This document shows positions 51,251 through 63,293 of a stretch of DNA of 64,000 bases, piece by piece. Position numbers and translations under genes: made by a program. Under the pieces are notes generated by a model, which had not been told where the DNA came from, searched no databases, and was given only the letters and a program-made list of their open reading frames with translations. The DNA lies in NCBI GenBank assembly GCA_977030845.1, contig OZ365110.1:48732001-48796000 (forward strand). Reading direction: 5' to 3'. Positions within the stretch are counted from its first letter, which is position 1. The number at the start of each line of letters is the position of its first letter. This stretch comes from Fimbriosthenelais zetlandica (lineage: Eukaryota).

Positions 51251-52949
51251 CAACATCCAATACCATGGCGACATGGAAAATATTTTCTCTAGCAATATTT
51301 GCCATGGCTACAGCGTGTGCCAAGAAAATAGCGAGTGACGATGTCGTAGTGTACGACTAAGTTCACAAAAGTGCCTCCAAGTAAAATTATGGGTCATAAA
51401 GAGGTTGTATTGCACCCGGTTTTTTCTTCCCAACCTTTCCTTGTCGATATCACACTTCCGTTCCTTCTCATTAAATAGTCAATTCATCAATTACGTTCAC
51501 GTACAGTGCTGCACTCAAAAGACAGCTGAAAGTGTTTCTTTTGCTCAGATATATTTAAGGGAGGTCACCACATTAAGTATTTTTCCCCAGCAGCAGGTTT
51601 TATCCATAAGCATTTTTTTCTGTATTCATTCAGAGTGTAACATTTACATTAAAAGAAAGGTAATATTCTTTCTGCCTGCGCTGGGATTAAAGTTTTTCAA
51701 TAAGCTGGGAGTCTTTAAGGGCCCAAAACGTGATTGATCACATCCTCGAGTGCATGCCCTGCATGAGAAGAAGGTCCAAGATGGCCGCTGATATGCTTGT
51801 TGGTTTGTGTTGACAAACAACACCATATCCGGAGATCTTTTGTAACCTTATTTTGGTTCAACAGAGAAGTTTTTTTTACAGGGGGAGGCATCTGGGGGGC
51901 ATCTCTGTCGGGATGGTTGGGGTTAGCTAAGCATTGAGGTCTCCTTCGGGATCTGGCCAGGACGACACCAAGTCTTCTGTGTTGACGCGCCTTCCACTCT
52001 CCTGAGGCACGCGGCAGACTTAACAGTCATGCCAACTCCTTGCCTTCTCTTTTTCCCTTTAGTTCAATGAGGGTATTTTAAGGTAAAGGCCCCCATCAAC
52101 CCATTCGCAACATTCTTGTCTATGCAAAGCTCGGCGGATTATATGACAAATTTTCAGTCAAGTTCCCTTCTCTTAACAGCTTTTTTAGTTTTATTTTGCC
52201 TGAGGTACGTACCCATGAGAAGATAGATAATAGCATGATCCTTGGTCAAGATTGTGAAGGAATTTCAGTTATTTTCTGGCCCACACATACCGAATAGTTC
52301 AGCATTGCTGCATGGGGGCAGGTCTGCACACAATGGCAGATCTCTGATGTAGGCCTCTTTAACCCTTTCCCCTTTGGACTGTCCTAGATAGAATTTCACC
52401 CAGACAGTGTAGATGTATGTGTCAGGCCCGTATCATGCTTGCCTTTCCTGGGATGCGTCATTCCGCCCAGTCTCCTGCAGTAAAAAGAGCACCCGCTTGT
52501 CGCACCTGTTTATTGTCGAAGGATGCATTTGTTCGGGGGTTGGTGGTGCATGGGCAGCATGGTGATGCACAGCCTCTCTTCTTCCCTGCCTACATCTCCC
52601 ACTGCCTCCATCCTCATTCTGGATTGTTATGTTTCATAGGAAAAGTGTGTCAATGCTTGCCTGGCAAGTTGTCCCCTTGGGGCAGAGTGGATGAGTGGAT
52701 GGGGGCGGGTGGGAAGAGTGGTGCGGGATGGTGCAGAAATAGGCAAGTCAAGATAGGAAACTGGGCTTATTTCCTGTTTAATGGAAGGAGGAGGGAGGAG
52801 AAGAAAGGAAAGAAGAGAAGATGGGGATGAGCAAGTAATACGAGAGCTCCACTGGACAAACAGGATAGGGTAAGATATAAATAGAAGGAATACAAACTCT
52901 AGATTATATATATAAGAAGCATCACCTCCACAGAACAAAAATGAGACAA

Positions 52950-53700
52950 GGAGATAAGTGCAAACAAAAAAGAGAAGGGCTGGTCAGAGTAGCTGCATGG
53001 TGTAGGTCCATGCAGAATGTCACCCAAAGACAACAATCAGTAAATGGAGCTTGAATGGAGCACTCGCAGGCCGAGTTGTACTGCTCAGTGGCGCCGCCAC
53101 CCCAACCACCAAGCACATCATTGCTAGATGCATCCCAGAAGCCATGTCCTTGGCAAGCTGCTGCTGTGCCCATATCCTCTCACGACACAGCCATCTGTGA
53201 AAGTTGTATTGAGTTGTCCACCATGCCATACCACTTTCCAGGTCTTTTAGTGAGATGGTCAATGACCTTGCTGTTTCTAACCCCGGAAGAGAAAGCTAGG
53301 AGCCATCTCAAAGTTATGTATCCAATGGCACGCAGACAAGCCAAGCGATGCATGAAGAAACAGGGCAAGCGGATGGATATGGATAGATTATAATCTGCAG
53401 TCAAGGCATTTTAGCTAGTGTAGTTCTGTGACACCAAAAATTCAGAAATGGCCCCAAAGATCTTTACACCAAGCGCCCTTAACAGTCCATGCATATTCAA
53501 TGAACAATGACACTGCTAATTTTCTCATAGACCACCTCATAAAAATCTATAATTTTCATGTTTGCGAGAACCTGTTTCCCTGAAAGAAACAGATTTATTG
53601 GATGTTGCTTGGACAGACCCAATAAACATGATAAGAACAATAGAGACTTTTCAGCAAAGTTGCTGGGCCAAGCAAACATTTCCGCTCTTCACATTCAATC
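52950..53700 (-). mobile_element. Decayed CR1-type LINE RT fragment
   Basis: LRAIGYITLRWLLAFSSGVRNSKVID resembles KLxAYGIxGxxLxWIxxFLxxRxQRVVxD. Confidence 0.5.
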
Positions 53701-54363
53701 AATTGTCCACTTCTCTCTTCCCCTCCCCTCTGATTGCTCTCTTCCTCCAGTTGCTCTTCCCGCTCTCTGTTCCCTGTCTTTCCTTTATCCCCTTCAGCAT
53801 CAGAGACTTGACACTGCGGGGATAGAAACTCCTCCCTTTCCTCCACCTCCTTCTCCTCCTTCACTTGGCCCCCATGATTGATCCTGTCTCCCACCTCCCT
53901 CTACTGTGGGAACAGCACAGCTTTTAGCCCTGGCTTGCACAATGCATGGCCATAATAGGCCAGGCCTATAGCAGTGATCATGTGAAGGCCTCCTGCCGTC
54001 TTTGTTGTGACTAACAATGAGCTTGATTGACAGATCCTTGCCCGGATTCCTCCACACGCGGGATCATAGCAATAGCTCCTCACATTCCGGCTCATATCCA
54101 CTTGATCTGGATGTAAGGGGGGGCTGTGAGTGTTAGTCCGGGACCGGTCAGGGGTGTAATGTTTGCTCTTACAAGGTTGTGACAGGGAAATCAGGTCTGT
54201 TCTCACAGACTACAGCTATTCATGATAACCTGGCGGCTTCTACCACAATGTAGCAGTCACCAGTCAGTCCAGGAAAGACCCTCTAGCACGATGGTGAAAA
54301 TACCCTCTATAAGGTCCCGATACATGGTCCTGTCCCACATCTAGAAGAAGCAAGCTAGACTCA

Positions 54364-54564
54364 AGGCCGTTCTCCACAGCTGCGATTTTACTTGCGACAC
54401 TACTGCGACAACGGTGATGTTTGTCTCGCAATAAAAATTAAAAATTTTAGTTGAGGTGACCAAGGTCTTATGGCCATCCTCAAGCCATCCTTTTCATTGC
54501 TACACAAGCATCACCTTTGTCGCAATAGTGTCGCAAGCAAAATCGCAGCTGTGGAGATGGGCTT
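54364..54564. mobile_element. 201-bp MITE, probably PIF/Harbinger-type
   Basis: 74-bp terminal inverted repeats (54364-54437 and 54491-54564), 64/74 identical by hand count. Termini AGGCC/AAGCC, flanked by TCA and TAA (a TWA target duplication with one change). Confidence 0.75.
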
Positions 54565-56799
54565 TAAGTATGAAACCGAGACAAGCACATATATAGTCCT
54601 GCATCCGGCTTAAGAAACAGAAAGCAATAACTCAATGAGAAGGTTTCAATGATTTGCCACTTCTCCAGAAGAAACATCTCAGTTTCGATTTCTTTTTGGC
54701 ATCGACCATCAGTAAACGTAAAGCTTATTCCACTACGCAGTCACCAATGACAGCCAGGAACCGATAGAGTATCCAAATACGCCCTAAAAGACCCTCAAAG
54801 AAAACTTGCATTCAGAAGAAAAGGCCCTAGCCCAACCAATGGAGACAGCCTTTCCCCTTCTATGCCCCATCCAACGCAGTAAGTGATAAAAAGAGTGTCA
54901 CACAGTGTTTGGCATTATCGGAAACAAGGAGAGTACGGATCTTCTGCTCCCTGATCTTTTGAACCCCGACCTTTGCCACCGGCAAGCCAAATCAATCACC
55001 GGAGAATCCTATTTGTAGGCTGTCCTGACCCTCCACCGTAAAAACGCCAATGATGAGCTCATAGGCTTTAGAGGCAGCGTAAAGCAGGGTTTGCCAATAG
55101 AACAAGATTGAACAAATTAAAAGAATACCTTTCAAAGGTCAAGAACCTTTCAAGAATCTTATTAGCAATGATGTCTTGGTTTCATAGACCCATGTTGACA
55201 CAGAAAGGAAGGGAATATCATCCATTTAATTTACAGTTTTCATGGAAAAAGTACATTGTCGTCCACTTTTCTATCGTAGGCATTGGTTAGAATAGTGGTG
55301 GCAGTGGGCTGGCGCTGGGTGTCTAGTCAGAGTGGCGCAGACCTTGTGTTATGTTAGTAGCATACTGCTGCAGGCAGGGTTGTAGATATGGAAGACATGA
55401 TGGTAGAGGAGAGCGGGGAGCGGGGGTGGGTCCCGAACCCCCTTCCCCATTCATTCCCACCATCAACCTATAAATCCTCTGATCTCCCCACTTCAATGCA
55501 TTCCAGGCTAGGATTTCCATTTTGAAAACAAGCCAGCGAATTCGTGCAACATGCATTGCTCATGCATGCAATGGTCGACCACAAAGCTGGGCCCATCTAA
55601 TGCATTGTTCTCCATATCTAAACACATCACCCTGAGAAGGCACTCAAAAGAACAGCCTCCCTACTACAAAGCCTCATGTCATGTGAATATCTGGAGAAAT
55701 CCAGTATTCCTTTTGGAAAATATGCCGGCCATCATCATCACTTTTTCCCTAGTCCAAAAAATTATGAATTTCGAAAATGCTCCGAATTTCGTTTCACCCT
55801 TAAAGAAAGACCACGGGGACCATATTACGCACTTCTTACTTGAAGATGTAGAATATTCCATACACCAAAACCTCTGTAGGCAGAGAAAATGCCAGGAGTA
55901 ATTCAAGTCGCCAATGTTGCAATAGTTGGTAACACCTTGAACGAGCCGTCCCCTCGTAAACTTATTATTGGCTAATGTTCGCTTTGAAAGGAGCTCCTGG
56001 TCACGCTATAATAAGAGAGTATAAGATGGAGCCTCAGGTAGACTGGGCTTGCTCACATCCAGTGAATCTGCATCCTGCTGCAAACATGGCCTCCTCTATT
56101 GCTGACAGCAGTTGCAAACAGCCCCTGGCACAATGCACATTAGTGGGGATCGTTTTACAGACAAGCCAAGACCTCTCATCCAAAGCAATGCTCCATTATT
56201 ATTTCTCTGTCTTCTACCTTGGCTGATTCCTCTGGATTTCAAAGTTCTATTAGTAGGCCGAGGTTGATTAACTAGAACAATTTCAAACTTAAGAATCCAC
56301 GACAATTCAGTTGTTTCTATACATACTGGACAACATTTGCCATGCTCAATTATTAATAATTTAGAGGGGTATTTCACCAAGCCAAATCCAACCATGCATA
56401 TATATGAGACCAAGAGGGAAATATATTCAAAGGCTATATAGAAAAAATAGCAAGTGGTTTATAAGTAGCATTTAAACAGAGCCCAGAGGTAAGTGGGTTG
56501 CAGTTTGCCTGAGGGCCGGCCTATACTGTAGCGGATCTAGATTAATCCAATTGAGACATTATAAAGCAAGTTAAGGTTCTACCTTGGGGAGTGGTGTGTA
56601 AATTTGTATAATACTGTGTGTTGGAGCGGCAGGCTGTGGGAGGAGGCAGTGGAGGGCTTACTTGTTCAGTAATGGCTCACTCCCGGCTCGTGTTGTAGTT
56701 ATGTTCTCAGGGAGCAGGTGTCACATGTGTGCAGATATGGCAGATATTAACTAATGGTCCGCCTGGGGCCCAGTATGAAACAAGCTCCTCTCCACATTT

Positions 56800-57260
56800 A
56801 CTCCTGCTAGTTTTTCCAGCTATGTTCTAACATTACTTCAGCATCCCCTTTTCTTTCAACATTTCCATTGGCCATCCATGGCTTCTACTTTCCCTAGATC
56901 TACTCTTCTTCATCAATGTTCTTCGCAGACCTTCTATTGCTCCTCTCATTCGACCTCTGTTTGTTCATCGTTTTTCCCTGTTTTTAAACAAAGATTCCTC
57001 ACTTTCTAAGTCTCTCCCATACCGCCCATGTTTTTGCAGTGTGTAAATGTCGAGTCTTCTATCTCAAACCTCACAAGCCTGCCTTCCCCATCTTACATCT
57101 AGTTATTCTTCCAGTCATTTTCTCCGCCAGAAGAATTCGTGCCAAGGACTAGTTCACATTTTAAAGATTCATTACATCACTTTTACGAGTTGGAGTGCTC
57201 ACTTTGTTTATCCTAATCGTTGTCATCCATAGCTGACGTGTTGCCAGCAAAGGATTCCCA
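56800..57260 (-). mobile_element. Decayed RTE-like LINE C-terminal fragment
   Basis: GNTSAMDDND*DKQ at about 57205-57245 resembles GHVxRMDDxRxPKQ. Confidence 0.4.
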
Positions 57261-58110
57261 ACTTCATTCAGTCTTTCTCCGAGACAAACCTGAGCAGAGA
57301 ATGGCAGGCCGAAGAATGAGCTGAAAAGAGTTGGGGGTGCAGTGGGGGGTGATGGGGTGTCAGACTGAGAGGCAGGAATAAGAAAAATGAGGGGGGTTTG
57401 GGCGGCATTGAGAATAAAGTATAGATGTTGCTACAGTCTGACGCCAGCCATTTTCTCATGACAGGAGGGTGCGGGGCGGACGCATGGCACATGTTGGACA
57501 AACATGAAGGCCTATTCTCACGTCGATAGTGGCGAGGCGCCTCTGTTGACGCAGAGCCTGCCTACAGTCAATATACGAGGTAAACAGCCATTACACAAAT
57601 ATCACTGTTCCTTCTACCCCATCCCATCCCTCCTCCAGCCAGGGTAAACCTAATGAAGGCCTGCTACTAATTATTTGTTTTATTTCCAACGGCGCGGGCC
57701 CGGGATAATAATGAGCGTCATGCTCCATTTTTCTGACAGTCTCTTCTTGTCGGTTGAACAATATTGGACCATGTTTCAAAAACATGACATGAAAATGGAA
57801 TGGTTTGTTGAGAGTGGAATTTAATACGAAATTGAGAAGTTTGTTGAAATTTAGATCTATATTTCAGGATGACATGAGAATCTTTTAATGATTATAGTAC
57901 CACAGTAGTATCCCCCGCCAGCACCCCTCAATTCAGTCTCTTTTATAATTTTCACAAACCTCTAAAGGAATTTGTTAGAATCATCCAACCATTGTCTATC
58001 CTCACAAAAGGAAATCACTGGCCAAAGATAACAGAGCAACAAACATGAGAATCCACACGATCAAAAGATCAATGGAAATCAGGCAGAAGACACGGTGTGT
58101 GTGACTCTGT

Positions 58111-58449
58111 GAGGGGGGTGGGGGGAGGGGGAGGGGTGACAGAATAGGGGGATGTGATGGGTGTTGGGGGGGGGGGGGGGCAAGATGACTAAGGATAATT
58201 GTTGAAGGAAAGTCAGGCATGATCCATATATCTGAAGGAGGAACTAGTGTTATATTAGCCTTACTGGCACGAACCGCAGTTCATCACTGGATGGTGTTCT
58301 CCCCCGACAAAGAAGTAACAAGATCTCCATGTTGGCCTCCTTCTGTTACTTGTTCAAATGTGCCAGCCAATAATAGCGGCTGTCATTTCTAAACCCCCCC
58401 CCCCCAAGTCCCATCACCTCACCCCCCAAACCCCCACTCCCACTCCTCC
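58111..58449. repeat. Imperfect inverted repeat with G-run and C-run arms
   Basis: Left arm gtgatgggtgtt(G)15caagatgac; reverse complement of the right arm gtgatgggactt(G)12tttagaaatgac. Spacer about 190 nt. Confidence 0.6.
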
Positions 58450-58557
58450 AATATAATCCAAACGATAATGTTACACTTACTGCACATGGACAGCCAATAG
58501 AGCCTCAAGCTGAAATCATCATGATTTATATATGATCGACACTGAATTAATCTCCTT

Positions 58558-58571
58558 GTTGCCATGGTAAC
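58558..58571. promoter_or_regulatory. RFX X-box motif
   Basis: GTTGCCATGGTAAC, a canonical match. Confidence 0.55.
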
Positions 58572-60012
58572 TGCCTCTATATTGCTGACCAAAAAGTTAT
58601 CTGGTCGAGAATGAGTTTGGAAAGGGCTGAGACGATGCAGGACACCACTGGATTTCACTCGGGGTGATAGGAGGTTGAGGGAGGGAAAGGGAGAGAGATG
58701 ACTTGTGCATGCAATTGACTCCAGCAATTCATGGATAGTGATAGCCACAGTGTACATACATATAGGTCCAATCTACAGCAAAATGAAAGTGGAAATGGGT
58801 AGTGTATGACCATCGAATATATATACAGAGAAAGTGACAAGGTGGAAAGTACAAATTAATCACATCAATGACACATGTAAAATTTCGAAACAGGACATTA
58901 TTTGCGAAACAATACATTTTAGCCAAGAGTAACAACACAGCAATAGGGTTCTGTCAAAATTCATCCACACGACAAATGCATGTGTGCTGAAGAAATGCAA
59001 TAAGCAGACCGCATAATAAGAAGGGATGTCTCCTAAATTAACTACGATTTCAATAAAGAGCCATCCACAACAACAACTCAAAATCATATCTATTTCAAAA
59101 TCTCCATGGAAACAGTGATGACTCAGCATGTGCATAACACAGGAAAGGGCATACAGGATGGTGGATGGGAAAATGGGAGAGGGGGCGGGGGGGGGGGGGG
59201 AGGGGGAGTGGGTATGCTTGTCACATTGAAGGGGTGAAGTAAATGGAGGAAGGCAAGAATGATGCAACTGTGACGTAGCTGCCATTGAAGAACACACCTG
59301 AGTTACATATTATTATGGGACATGGGAGTTATGCCGTATGTCAATGGAGATTGTGTAACACCCCTTTACTATGAACCTTTCCACGTTTCCTGACTGAATG
59401 CTATCATTCAAAGCCCATGTATACATGCTAATGGAAAAGCTTATTATTTCATAGGAATCATCCAAAATTCACGATATCCACGCATAGCAGTTTCTTAATG
59501 TTAAATGGAGAATTCCCGAGAGCTAGTATAGTAGGTAGTATACTGTATTTGAAGCATCTCCATGAAAGCTCATTTCTACTTCGCCAGGCCAATACAAGAA
59601 CTTTCTTTTTTTTTAAACGATTCAAGACATATATATGGCAGTAAACAATACAATCAATCATTTCTCCCATCAATCAACTTCAATCACAGACAAAGATCCT
59701 CAGAACTGTACCGGACTTGGCTATGTCGTGATAGTAATTAACAATGGCTTATGTTGTGGAAAGAAAATGAACGTTTCAAAAACATGGGTCTCCATGAAGG
59801 AGTAATTAAAATTCTCATTTTCAATCTCAAGCCTGCATGGGAATGAGGTTTCAGGGTCAATGTCTTGGGACTTTTAATTTGAATGGCGTCCGCAAATCAT
59901 TTTGCCTGCAATTCAAGCATTTAGAATTTAATGCTTGATCAGCCATATTTAACACCTGACATTCGTTTTCATGACTGGAATTGATGCACGGGTTTCACAG
60001 ATTTTTATTTGG

Positions 60013-60088
60013 TCTCTCATTCTTTCTCTCCTCTCTCCTCTTTCTCCCTCTGTCTCTCCTCCCCCTCTCTCTCTCTCTCTCTCTCTCT
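60013..60088. repeat. CT-rich tract ending in (CT)12
   Basis: Pure (CT)n at 60065-60088 within a 76-nt pyrimidine tract. Confidence 0.95.
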
Positions 60089-63000
60089 AACCTGTGTCAC
60101 AGCATGCATTTATGGGATGGCCCCAAATATTTTAATAAAAATATGGGCGCGAAAAGTATCAATTGAAGAAAAGGGTCATTCAACTTTCATCAGATCCGAA
60201 AGACTACCCGAAATCTAAAATATGTCATTTCAGATACAAGAAGTAGGATATATAAACTAGGCATTTTGGCTGGTTGTGTAAGGTTTAGGGGGAGGGAGTT
60301 TGAGGGTGAGTGGGGGACATTGGGTGGGGGATGCAATTTTCTTGTCAGTGGCTATAGTAGAGATAGAAAGCAGCTGACAGAAGAATAATAGGCCTGACAC
60401 CTGCTAAAATACTACAGGTGATGGATGGCGGCCGGGGTGAGGGGAAAAAGGGGTGGGAAGGGGAAATATTGACAGAGGGACAGTAAGGGAAGTGGGGAAC
60501 GGAATGGGGAAACGGTACCAAGGAAAGAGAAGGGGATTCTAAGGAAGGAACGAATACAGCATCATATGTTCCAATATTCTCCTTGTAAAAGGTACAAGAT
60601 ATCTTTCATATGTTAAATATTCATTCCATGAATGGGGTAATATTTCATTCATGCTACATCTTCTCCTCTTCCCTTCCCTGCCTTTCCCTCCCCTCGGTCC
60701 CTTCACTAAAGTCGATAAAGTAGACTTGTGGATGTTGCTTTTTCGTCGCCGATGCACCACCAATACCCATGATGCGTAATTTGTCAAGATCTGCCTAGTT
60801 CCACAGCCGGCCACCAGGCAGTGATACATCATTCGCTAACAGCCCCTTGCAGCATCCCATTCCTCCATTTGTATCATCCCTGCATCCCTCATAATTCTGA
60901 CAAAACCTCTATTATATACAGCCATAGTAGACACAGACCTATATATACCAATATATATATATCCCTATGATTTATAGGCTTCTATTATACGCTGTTTTTC
61001 AGGACCAATCTGTGTCATAACCATCGATTCTCACTGTCCAAGTTTTCCCTCCAAGTGGCGAATTTCTATCGTCCCGGATAAAGTGAAATTTCCATTAATG
61101 ATTAATTAATTTCTTCACCACTTTGGGTTGATAAAAGCAATTGTTGAAATCTTTCAAGGACAAATTATATTTCCACAATAAATTATTTCTCATCTCCGCT
61201 GAAGGAGTCGGCCATTACACTTACAGCCAACCAGTGAATATATATGCATGACTATTGAAAGCAACGGCGAGAGGAAATGAATCGGCACAGAGCTGGTGTG
61301 AATTTTTAATGTTGGTCCCAATGCTATCTACAGATAGATATAGCAATACTATAGCTGAGTGCATGCACTCAGTCGTAGCTGCTCATTATATGGCCTGTCA
61401 TGTATGATATATATTATATGGAGGTACTTATTTACAAATGTTCCTGTTAACAACAGCAGGAGAAAGCAGTGCATGGTGGTGGTGGTGGGGAAATATAGGC
61501 CATTGCTTCATATTATATGACCTTTATACTAGAAATGCAATTACTATTTAAGTATGCAGTGCAAAAATTGAAACGCCGGTTACACTCATTGAAACATGTA
61601 AATTGTAACTAGGCAATCTCATTGAGAATGAGCAATCAATAGATACAGCTCGAGTCGTTAAATGGTGTCCTGGAATTATACGGATCTACGCCGAGTAGAA
61701 CATTGCAATCACGGCCAATGGCCGTATGATAAAGATAAATGACTTACAATGTGGTTCAAGTGCAGACTGCTAACTAGATTAGGCTCCAAGTGTGTCATGC
61801 AGGAGCCAGGAGCCTGATGTGAAAAGACTATAATACATCTTTGCAATTAAAGAAATAGCCCTGGTTGGAGTGTAGATAACTTTATCGGGGTGAATAACTA
61901 ATCGCAGCCCTATTGAATTTGCCAGCGTTTACACCATAGAGAAAAAAAGCGCTGCTGGAGCGGCCATTGTTTGTGGGTGCTTCATTAATGTGATTAATAA
62001 TCCACATTCATTTGGACTTTAATCCGTTAAGCCCCGACTATTGCACCTGACAACCATCCTAGCTGCTCCTCTCCCAGCCCCAGGCTGTTTTAAGTTATAT
62101 TCTATGGCAGGAGGACATAAGACTAGAGGGATGTTGGGTGTGATAGTGGGAGGTGACAGAATTCTCCAGCCTCCTCCTCCTCCCAGCCTCAGCGAACACG
62201 TTGACAAGTAACACGGCCTCACAGCCCGATTTGATTACCGGACAGTTTATCCACTCAGTCCCGTGTCCAAACCAAATCTGAAGTGACTCGTGCAGGACAG
62301 GATAAGTTTTCATCCCCCAGATTTTTTTTTTACCAGGGTGTGAAAAATAAATAATATGGCAGGGGCGATAATGTGATTCAGCCTATTAAAAGCTGACGTG
62401 AGGAAAGAGTGACTGACGGGTGAGGAATTGATGGAAGGATGCAGCGATGACTTGCCACGATTCAGCATCTTCTCCTCACTTTGACAGAATAACTCAGGAG
62501 AAGTGACAGAGCCACTTGAAAAGCAATATTAAACAAATGCTTGCTATGCAGGTTTGGGTAATCAGTCTTGCGCCTGTCGAAGCTGGATGGGATGGCTTCC
62601 TGGGAGGCTTATTTGGGTACTCAGTAAAAAAAAATCTCTGTTAGCTCTTTTAGGCTGCTTGAGCATGCATTTACTCACAATTTCCTGTGTGCCAATCCAT
62701 GTGGGTATTTTCATCAGCTTACCAAATCATGAGTAAGGACTGAAAGCGACTCGCCTCCATTAAATTTTTTTTTTCATGAAAGCCCCTTCCCCGACAAATG
62801 TGTTTTTGAGGGCATTTATTTTTTAGGAAGTTAATATGAGTTTCCATTAAGACATAATATATCTCGGTATCGCTGGATCCTAATCATACTTTAAGCAGGT
62901 ACATTACTGGCATATACAAAATAAAGCTTCATGTAATCAATTTTTAGTTCTTCATAAATAATAATATTTATAAATATAAAGGTCGTCACACACATGGCTT

Positions 63001-63205
63001 CATGAACTATCTGCCCACCTTCCACACAATTTTGATAACAAAATAGTTCTAAAGACACAAAGACACACAGACCAGCAATCACACGTCTTGAAGACCCTTG
63101 AAGGTATGAAACAGCATTGCAGAACAACCTCAAATAGAAACCTGAGGGACCGGATGATGACTGGATACCACATAGACATACAAAATAATAAAGTGTTTAA
63201 CTTAC

Positions 63206-63293
63206 GAGATCTGGCCAAACGGAGCGAAAGCGTCTCGTAGCTGGTGGGTCTCAATATCAGGGCTTAAGTCGCCGACGAATATGTGAAAATGTT
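63206..63293 (-). CDS. TIA1: TIA1/TIAR-family exon, start of RRM2 (most 5' exon in the window; upstream exons are outside it)
   Basis: Acceptor ctccttttctctctttgcag|, donor TC|gtaagt. 88 nt, phase 1 to 2. Translates HFHIFVGDLSPDIETHQLRDAFAPFGQI(S), matching the TIA-family RRM2 RNP2 segment HFH(V/I)FVGDLSPEI. Confidence 0.96.

Noticed and set aside
61355-61372. 18-bp perfect palindrome ctgagtgcatgcactcag
   Set aside because: About 0.2 such palindromes are expected by chance in 64 kb, and the flanks extend poorly.
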